From contig OZ243980.1 in assembly GCA_965214875.1 (NCBI GenBank), positions 2,200,009 through 2,264,008 of the forward strand: 64,000 bases of DNA. The letters are read 5' to 3'. Under the pieces are notes generated by a model. It made no database searches, was not told the DNA's origin, and worked only from the letters and a program-made list of their open reading frames with translations. Shown one piece after another: positions 56,615-64,000 of the stretch (position 1 is the stretch's first letter; each line of letters begins with the position of its first letter). The stretch comes from Arenicellales bacterium (lineage in GTDB: Bacteria > Pseudomonadota > Gammaproteobacteria > Arenicellales > JAJDZL01). The translations under genes were made by a program, and so were the position numbers.

Positions 56615-58120
56615 CTAGCCAGATGGTCGCATGTGAGGGAACAGCACGACATCGCGAATCGAAGCGCTGTTGGTAAGCAGCATCGCGAGGCGGTCGATCC
56701 CGATGCCTTCACCGGCACTCGGAGGCAGACCATACTCAAGCGCCCGGATATAGTCCTCATCATACGCCATCGCCTCTTCGTCTCCCCGACTTCGCTGCCC
56801 CAGCTGAGCCTGAAACCGTTGCGCCTGATCAGCAGGGTCGTTCAACTCGGAAAAGCCATTGGCAATTTCGATGCCGCCAACAAAGAATTCGAACCGATCA
56901 GCGATCCATGCATCGGTGTCGGATACTCTTGAAAGCGGTGAGACCTCGACCGGATAGTGAGTGATGAACGTCGGCTCGATCAGTCGATCCTCAACCGTTC
57001 GCTCAAAAATCTCGAACAATATCTTGCCGGCACCCCATGACGCAACCGGCTCGCCGCCAAGTTCCTTCAAATACCCCTTCAACTGTCCGGCATCGCGAAG
57101 GTCGGCTTCCTTAAGGTTTGGATTGAATTGTCGAACAGAATCTTCGAACCTAATCTTGCGATATGGCGACTGCAAATCCAGCGAATGTCCTTGGAACTCA
57201 ACTGTCGATCCGTTCAAAAGCCGTTCGCATAACGTTTTGAACATTTCCTCGGTCAGTTGCATGAAGTCTTCGAAATCGGCATAGGCTTGATAGAATTCAA
57301 GCATGGTGAATTCGGGATTGTGCTGCGTGCTGACGCCTTCGTTCCGAAAGTTCCGGTTGATTTCGTAAACACGCTCCATTCCGCCTACGACCAGACGCTT
57401 AAGATAGAGCTCCGGCGCGATTCGCAGGTACATGTCCAATGAAAGCGCATTGTGGTGAGTTACAAACGGACGAGCAATCGCCCCGCCCGGCACGCTGTGC
57501 ATCATCGGAGTTTCGACTTCAAGGAAGCCGTTGCCATCCATGAACTCGCGAATCAAACCGGTCATGCGGGCGCGCATCGTGAAGACATCGCGTACCTTCT
57601 CATTGATCGCCAAGTCCAGGTATCGCTGTCGATAGCGGGTTTCCTTGTCCTTGAGTCCATGGAACTTCTCCGGAAATGGGCGCAAGGCTTTGCTCAGCAA
57701 TTCAAATTCATGAACTTCGACGCTGAGTTCACCGGTACGCGTTCGAAAAACCCTGCCCCTCACCCCGATGATATCGCCCAGATCGATAAGTCCGAATCGC
57801 TCGTATTCCGGTTCAGAGAGCAGATCGCGCTTCACAAATAGCTGCACTTTACCGGTCGGATCGATCAAATCGCCGAATGCAACCTTGCCCATCTTTCGCA
57901 TGGCCATTATGCGCCCGGAAACGCTGAGTTGTTCTGAATTTTCGCGCAGATCTTCAGCACTTCTATCGCCATATCGATCATGGACATCCTGCGCGGTGGC
58001 AGTCCGTCTGAAGGTATTGGGATAAGCTTGACGAAATCGCCAGATTTGATCCTTCTTGTCTCTACGGGCAAGACGCTGATCTTCAACAGATTCTACAAAT
58101 TCAGGCATGGATTGGCTCAT
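56615..58120 (-). CDS. lysS: Lysine-tRNA ligase (class II)
   Basis: An OB-fold N-domain, class II motifs (FLEVETPMMH..., ...YEINRNFRNEG..., ...GIGIDRLAMLL), and conserved prfB-lysS linkage. Confidence 0.95.
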   Translation of the reverse strand: MSQSMPEFVESVEDQRLARRDKKDQIWRFRQAYPNTFRRTATAQDVHDRYGDRSAEDLRENSEQLSVSGRIMAMRKMGKVAFGDLIDPTGKVQLFVKRDLLSEPEYERFGLIDLGDIIGVRGRVFRTRTGELSVEVHEFELLSKALRPFPEKFHGLKDKETRYRQRYLDLAINEKVRDVFTMRARMTGLIREFMDGNGFLEVETPMMHSVPGGAIARPFVTHHNALSLDMYLRIAPELYLKRLVVGGMERVYEINRNFRNEGVSTQHNPEFTMLEFYQAYADFEDFMQLTEEMFKTLCERLLNGSTVEFQGHSLDLQSPYRKIRFEDSVRQFNPNLKEADLRDAGQLKGYLKELGGEPVASWGAGKILFEIFERTVEDRLIEPTFITHYPVEVSPLSRVSDTDAWIADRFEFFVGGIEIANGFSELNDPADQAQRFQAQLGQRSRGDEEAMAYDEDYIRALEYGLPPSAGEGIGIDRLAMLLTNSASIRDVVLFPHMRPSG

Positions 58121-58126
58121 CGCGAG

Positions 58127-59222
58127 TCAAACTCCTTTCTTTAGACTTTCTTCAAGAAACATATCCAGATTGCCTTCGAGAACCGCATTGACATTTCCAG
58201 TCTCGATGCCGGTACGCAAGTCCTTGATGCGGGACTGATCCAATACGTAGGATCGAATCTGATTTCCCCATGATATGTCAGGCTTCGCTTCTTCAATTTT
58301 CTGTTTTTCGGCATCAAGTTTCTGCTGTTCGAAATCGTATAGCCTGGCTTTGAGAGCGGACATGGCTTCTGCCTTGTTTCGATGCTGGGAACGGTCATTC
58401 TGGCACTGGACAACAATTCCCGTCGGAAGATGCGTGATGCGAACTGCCGAGTCGGTGCGATTGACGTGCTGTCCCCCTGCCCCGCTGGCCCGGTAGGTAT
58501 CGATTCGCAAATCTTCTGTGCGAATGTCCACTTCGATTTGCTGATCGACTTCTGGATAGACGAATACCGAAGCAAAGGAGGTATGTCGCCTTTGGCCCGA
58601 GTCGAATGGGGATTTGCGAACGAGTCGATGAATTCCATTTTCGGTTCGAAGCCAGCCGAATGCATGTTCTCCTTTAATTTTCAGTGTCGCGCTCTTTATT
58701 CCCGCCACATCGCCCGGCGTACAGTCAATGATGAGGTGTTCGTATTCATGCAGCTGAGCCCAGCGCTGATACATTCGAAGCAGCATTTCTGCCCAATCTT
58801 GCGCCTCGGTTCCCCCAGAACCAGGCTTGATATCGACGAATGCGTTTGCATCGTCCATTGGCCCGCTGAACATGCGGTTGAACTCCAACTCGGCAGTCAG
58901 ATTATCGAGTCGCTCGCATTCCGATTGAAGCTCTTCCAGGGTGTTTTCATCCTGTTCCGAAGCGGCCATTTCGGCCAATTCCAACGCATCATCAAGCGAG
59001 CTGATCAGATTTACGATGGGTTCGATTCGCTTGGCTAGTGCGGCGCGTTCTCGGCTTAGATCGCGGCTTCGTTCGTGATCTTCCCAGACAGCGGGATCTT
59101 CCAAAGATCGATCGATATTGTTTAGTCTTGCTTCCAATGCAGGCAGGTCAAAGATACCTCCGTAATGCATCGGCTCGCGCTTTGGCTTCGGACAAATGGG
59201 GGATGATCGAATGCTTATCCAT
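58127..59222 (-). CDS. prfB: Peptide chain release factor 2, expressed through a programmed +1 frameshift
   Basis: Frame 0: ATG 59222, [24 protein letters not shown], then TGA at 59150-59148. Shifting +1 at CTT TGA C continues as [11 protein letters not shown]...[16 protein letters not shown]...[16 protein letters not shown] (the GGQ motif), which is the ORF listed from 59170. Confidence 0.95.
59147..59161 (-). promoter_or_regulatory. RF2 autoregulatory +1 frameshift site
   Basis: On the minus strand, GGAGG (59161-59157) lies 3 nt before CTT TGA C (59153-59147). Confidence 0.9.
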
Positions 59223-59239
59223 TAGTTAGTACGGGGTGG

Positions 59240-59566
59240 ATTGGATGAGTAGAGTTTCAAATCAAGCAAAAGAGCCTTCGCAGAGCAACGGCCAACGAGC
59301 TGGCAAATCCCGGCGGCAATCGCGCCAGGGTCGAAAAGCCCGAGTTTTACTGGGTCAACGCGGCGCTGGGCAACCTGAAGACGGCACTTCGCTCGAACTG
59401 CTACTCGTTCGAGTCGAAATATTCACTTCACCATCTCGCTGAATTTGATTGCCGGTTCAACCGCTGATACCGCCTGGCGGACATTATCCCGAGGCTTGCC
59501 TTTATCGCCCTGAAAACGCTTCCGATTCCCGAAAGGCTACTTAAATATGGCTTATGTTAAGTGATA
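59240..59566 (+). mobile_element. C-terminal fragment of an IS1595-family (ISXO2-like) transposase gene
   Basis: The frame containing ...FYWVNAALGNLKTALRSNCYSFESKYSLHHLAEFDCRFNR has an in-frame stop, then YRLADIIPRLAFIALKTLPIPERLLKYG. No N-terminal part is present. Boundaries are approximate. Confidence 0.55.
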
Positions 59567-59710
59567 ATTAGGTAGTATTTTGAGGTTATGTTCGTTTTTT
59601 CTACTTTTGATGATGTAGTGATTTTAGTATATATTGTATCGAAATACCGCACATTTTTCGAAAAACTGATAATTTTTATATTGTTGATTCAATCGATTAG
59701 TCTCGATTAA

Positions 59711-59962
59711 AGATATTGCCAAAAGTAGTGCTTGGCGGGGGTTGAAAAAAAGCGGCGCAACTGGTCTGACGGTAGATTCGAAAAAAATCTGCAGCCAGTC
59801 AGAGAGGCATGCTGCTCATGAGCAGGAACAGCGCTGTTTCGCTTGAAGCGCACGACAATTTCCGCGGTCCGCCGGCCGAGATGGCGCGCGAGGCGCTTGC
59901 GGTCCTGATCCCGCAGCAACCGCCCGAGCCGCTTGAGGTTCGCCGCCGGCCGGTCGCCGTCA
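59711..59962 (+). mobile_element. Terminal fragment of the IS256-like element (IR plus the first ~50 codons), truncated by the next insertion
   Basis: AGATATTGCCAAAAGTAGTGCTTGGCG followed by sequence colinear with 8466-8300 read in reverse (MSRNSAVSLEAHDNFR...). Confidence 0.75.
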
Positions 59963-60567
59963 TGTCCGGGTTCAGATACATGTGAGACTGCCCGCTCTTC
60001 CCCCAAGGACGTAGTCCGAAGGGGAAGAGCGGGTGCGCGAAAACATTTCCAGGTAGCATAGCGCTTAGTAAAAACCCAACAGCCGAAAGGCGGGAGATAA
60101 CACTATACAAATCAAATATCCGCACCGCAAATTTTACCGTCTCGACGCGACCCGCGACGAACTTTCGCCGCAGGCCGCCCAGCTCGAGCTGGTGCGCCAG
60201 GCGCGGCAACGCTTTCCACTTTGGGGGCGCGCGAGCACAGCTTCGCGGTCAAGGAGTCCGAAGCCGTCTGCCCGGTCTCGAAGCTTTGCTACATGCGCGC
60301 CTGTTCGCGCTGCCGCCCAAAAGCCCCAAGCATAGCGGCTGCGTGGAGCGCGCCAACGCGGCCGGCCGCTGCGAGTTCCATCAGTCCTGCGCCGGCGAGC
60401 CGTGCATCGGCGCGCTGAACGTCGAGCTGGCCCGGTTCGAGCACTTCTACAACGACTATCGCCCGCATCAGGGCTCGGGCAAACGTCACCCATGCAGGCG
60501 TATAATGAAAACTTCAACCAAAGCGCACTTGCCGCCTGAAAAGTCCGATATGTATTGAACCCGTACA
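59963..60567 (+). mobile_element. 605-bp internally deleted derivative of the IS481-like element retaining both termini
   Basis: Left end TGTCCGGGTTCAGATACATGTGAGAC and right end GTCCGATATGTATTGAACCCGTACA. The interior keeps the 5' leader hairpin, short N-terminal and central remnants of the transposase gene, and its last ~85 codons in degenerate form. The start codon has mutated to ATA. Confidence 0.75.
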
Positions 60568-60781
60568 GTCACATGATTGCATCCATCGGCGAGAAGTTCA
60601 TCTCGATCGGCGAGAGAGGATTGCAGGCAAAACATCGTCGGATCTCCATAGCTTAAGAATTTGAATCAGTCGCAGCCAATTTTGTTTGTGAAGGCTTAGC
60701 GATTGCCATCGCATAGTTTTTTCGCCTTTGTGATTGAGAGTAATCGTGCAAACAACGCTGTAGTAAAATTCGGATCAAGCT

Positions 60782-62369
60782 ATGCCCTCGAATGCAGTCA
60801 TGAGCCGTCTTAAGCTCCCAATCGGAATTGCGAATTTTCAGACAATTCGCACTCGCGGCTACTACTACGTCGATAAGACGCCCCATATTGAAAGGTTGAT
60901 TAATCAGGGCGAATGTTTCTTTCTATCGCGCCCCCGACGGTTCGGCAAAAGCCTTTTGCTTGACACAATGCTGGAGTTATTCAAGGGCAATGAATCGCTT
61001 TTTCAAGATCTTTACATACATGATCGCTGGGACTGGTCGATCACGTATCCGGTAGTGCGACTGAGTTTCGGATCCGGATACAGCGTAGATGGAAACTTGG
61101 AATCGTATGTCTATAACGAGTTGACCGCAATCGCGCGCAGTTTTCATGTTCCACATGAGATTTATTCGAACCAAGGGCAGGAGTTTCTAAAGAACATATT
61201 GCGACATATTCACGAAACCACCAGCAAGCAAGCAGTAGTGCTCGTGGACGAGTACGACAAACCCATCCTTGACGCTATCGGCAATTTGAAACTGGCAGAA
61301 AGCAACCGGAACTACCTGCAGGGTTTCTACGGGACAATCAAGGACAGTCAGCAACATATTCGATTCGCATTCTTGACCGGCGTCACCATGTTCAGCAAAA
61401 TGAATCTTTTTTCCTCGCTCAACAATCTGATCAATATCAGTCTTGACCCGCGCTATGCCGCTATCTGCGGCTACACCGAGATTGAACTTGAAACGGTGTT
61501 CGCTTCTGAGATGGAAGGCATTGATCGTGATGAGCTCAGACGATGGTACAACGGCTATGGCTGGCGAGGCGACGACAAAGTCTACAACCCTTGGAATATA
61601 TTGAATTTGTTGGATACGCGCGAATTCGAGGCGTACTGGTTCAACAGCGGTGTGCCGACATTCCTGTACAAAATAATGAGAGGCCGTCAGTTCACGCCGT
61701 TGGATATAGGAAACCTAAAGGTGGAAAAAAGTTTCGTGTCTAGGTTCGATGTCGACGACATTAGCGCCGAGGCGCTAATGTTTCAGGCAGGTTATCTGAC
61801 GATCACTGGTGAGCAACACGACGGCTTTGAGACTGTTTACGACTTGGACTATCCAAACTACGAGGTGCAAGCAAGCTTCGTCAGAGGCTATCTAAACAGT
61901 CTTTTCGGACCGGACAGAAAAGTGCCAGCGGAATCTAAACAGCTTGCCGGTTTGCTGAAAGGGAGGAATTTCGACGGTTTCGGCGCAGCACTTCGCGCAT
62001 TGCTGTCCAGCATTCCTTACGAGTGGCATAAAAAAAAACGATATGGCCTATCACGAGGGTTGGTACTGCTCAGTGCTGCATGCTTGCCTGTGGGATGTTG
62101 CTGACACAACGGTCCGCTCCGAACATTCACACAACCGCGGTCGATCAGATCTGATGCTGACTCTTGATGATCAGGTATTCGTGTTCGAGTGCAAAATGCA
62201 CTCAAGTAATTCCGGAGCGAACGAGAAAGCATCGGAAGCAATCAGGCAGATTCGCGAAAAAGGCTATGCCGACCAGTACCGAGACGGTGTCAGAACAATT
62301 CACCTGATTGGGGCTGTATTTTGCGCCGAACAAAGGAATCTTGCGACAATGATTGTCGAACGCATCTGA
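60782..62369 (+). pseudogene. AAA-ATPase_like domain protein with C-terminal PD-(D/E)XK (PDDEXK_9/DUF1703-type) domain, frameshifted in an A9 tract
   Basis: N-terminus KLPIGIANFQTIRTRGYYYVDKTPHIERLINQGECFFLSRPRRFGKSLLLDTM. The frame breaks at 62030-62038 (A9). The downstream frame continues MAYHEGWYCSVLHA...NRGRSDLMLTLDDQVFVFECKMH...EKGYADQY...IHLIGAVFCAEQRN. Removing one A joins both parts. Confidence 0.75.
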
Positions 62370-62623
62370 ATTGAACTGAGATTGGCAGCCATTGAAATAG
62401 ATTATTCCCCGCAAAGAGAAAATCCATCTTGCTCAAATTGGTCCTTAGTGCCTGTAAAAAAATATACGCCGAACGATTATTGCTCGCAAATGCTTGCTTA
62501 TAGGCTACTTGAGATGTAAAAGACAAGGAAATCGGCTGAAATCGGAGCAGAACTTCAGATTAAATGATCTGAGTTGACAACGCGGGCATCTCTCCAAATC
62601 AGATTGTTTTGGACCATTCTTTA

Positions 62624-63955
62624 TCAAGCCTGCATGCAACATGCAGCAACGACGGACCGTGCGGCTTCAGCTCCTGAAAGATGAGCCCCGCCGACCGTCG
62701 CCCACATTGACCGATGGCAAGCCTCGCCGGCGAAGAATATTTTGTCAGCAACTGGCCACCGAAGCCGTTTCCTGTAGCGATAGGCACCCGGCACCGCAGA
62801 TGCATAGGCCCCCATGGCGGTGCGCTCAAGCCCCCAAGCGGTGGCTGCGCCTTTCACAAAATGTCGACCAATGCTATTTCCCAGCATCGACTTGAGCTGA
62901 GTCAGCGCATAGTCAACCCTGTAGTCGACAGACTCGTTCTGCAATTGCCTAGCCCATCCGCCACCGACATCGCAGTAGGTCAGTCCGGTGCCGAAGGAAT
63001 TTGCCAAAGTTCCGAATCCTCGACCATCGTTACCGATTTCGTATATCAAATATCCGTTCTCGCCGATGCCAAAGATATCTTTGGAAAATTTCAAAGCGAT
63101 GTGGTCATAGTGCCCCATCGATATAGACTCGAATGCCTGCCGCGTCTCTGAGGGCAATTGCGGGACGAACTTGATCACTTGCGAAGATACCACTCCGGTG
63201 GAGACGGTAACAATCGCTGACTTCGCCTCGATTGTGCCTTTGGTCGTATGAATTCTAACCGGTCCGCCACTGTAGTCGATTGTCTGTACTGCGGTACCCA
63301 ATGAAACATTCAGGCCCCTGCCGTAATGTGAAATTAGCGTCCCGTAGCCTTGGCTGCACAAATAGTCTGCGCCATCAGCGGAATTCCACCAATCAAGCGT
63401 AGAAAAATTGTCAAAATCTTTGCCCATTGACTACGGACCAATCATAAACTTTGCTGTATTTGCCCAGCTGCCGCCAACATCGCGAGCGACTTGTTCAGCC
63501 TAAATGTCAATTCCCGCATCTCCTGCATGATCGATTGCGCTTTCGATCTGACTGTGGGTCTTCCACAGTTCATCAACCGCTTGCTGATCAAGGATATTCT
63601 GGCCTGAGAACAGATGCATTGAATCTGGCGCCCGAGACAATTCAAAACCCTCTGCTATGGCAAAAGCGTTATACGGATTATCGCGCCCGTTGTGAAGCCA
63701 ATGCGCCCCGACATCATGGGGCACTCCGAAAAAACCGATATCCGTAAAGGCGCGGCCGCCGATTCGCGCCAAGGCTTCAACAATCACCACCGACTTTCCT
63801 GAGTTCAGCAGCGTGCGAGCGGCGGAGAGTCCTGCGACCCCTGCCCCGACAACAACGACATCCACGTTGCTGGCATTGGAACTGAAACCGGGCCGCGCAA
63901 GTAAAAAGGTGGTGCCTGATGCGAGAGACGTTCGCCTATTGAGTTCGATTGGCAT
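62624..63955 (-). pseudogene. Flavin-containing amine oxidase (FAD/NAD(P)-binding), interrupted by two in-frame TAG codons
   Basis: N-terminus MPIELNRRTSL...VDVVVVGAGVAGLSAARTL...VIVEALARIGGRAFTD (dinucleotide-binding fold) and C-terminus FFAGEACHRSMWATVGGAHLSGAEAA. TAG codons at 63502-63500 and 63433-63431 lie in the same frame as both halves. Confidence 0.7.
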
Positions 63956-64000
63956 CGAATTTGCAACTACTGTTCGCATCCGGTTTTGCTCAGCTCGATA

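Noticed and set aside
63431-63502. The two in-frame TAG codons considered as pyrrolysine or another recoding event.
   Set aside because: There is no pyl gene context or recoding signal in the window, and this is a proteobacterial backbone. A pseudogene or sequencing error is far more likely.

Overview
This is a chromosomal window from a proteobacterium, probably gamma or beta. That placement rests on the smpB-ssrA / ratA-rnfH and prfB-lysS-lolCD synteny and the tmRNA tag ANDDNFALAA. The backbone is of moderate GC and is punctured by visibly GC-rich insertion-sequence debris.

Housekeeping and metabolic content:
- A truncated Rieske oxygenase and an SDR (1-1.9 kb).
- ssrA/smpB (10.4-11.4 kb) and ratA-rnfH (16.4-17.1 kb).
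- A long minus-strand block (17.1-31.8 kb): acyl-CoA synthetase, Fe-ADH, metY, a CoA-binding protein, DUF1285, a YciA-like thioesterase, a PaaK-like ligase, a five-gene LIV-type ABC importer and a long-chain acyl-CoA ligase.
- A TolC / PAS-HlyD / ABC-ATPase / FtsX-permease efflux operon (34.0-39.5 kb).
- A Cys-type periplasmic formate-dehydrogenase operon with TorD-like chaperone and small TAT partner (46.4-52.4 kb), followed by ankyrin and Rieske-like TAT proteins.
- lolD-lolC, lysS and prfB, the last with its programmed +1 frameshift (54.7-59.2 kb).

Accessory content:
- A decayed island abutting the 3' end of ssrA (3.6-10.4 kb). It holds a 996-aa nuclease-N6-methyltransferase fusion, a MITE with a target-site duplication (TSD), a defective IS256-like element and vapBC.
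- An insertion between smpB and ratA carrying two tandem P-loop ATPase paralogues. They share a 1.13-kb almost identical block but have divergent N-termini.
- Two degenerate IS1380-family copies in inverted orientation, 36 kb apart. The second is nested inside an IS481-like element.
- An IS-flanked remnant of a Dcm / GHKL-ATPase module next to a heptad-repeat coiled-coil PD-(D/E)XK protein (42.4-46.3 kb).
- An IS graveyard (59.2-60.6 kb), an AAA-ATPase_like/PDDEXK gene broken in an A9 tract, and an amine oxidase with two in-frame amber codons.

No CRISPR array, rRNA or tRNA gene was seen. All coordinates of IS ends, repeats and corrected starts were derived by eye from the printed sequence and should be re-checked computationally.
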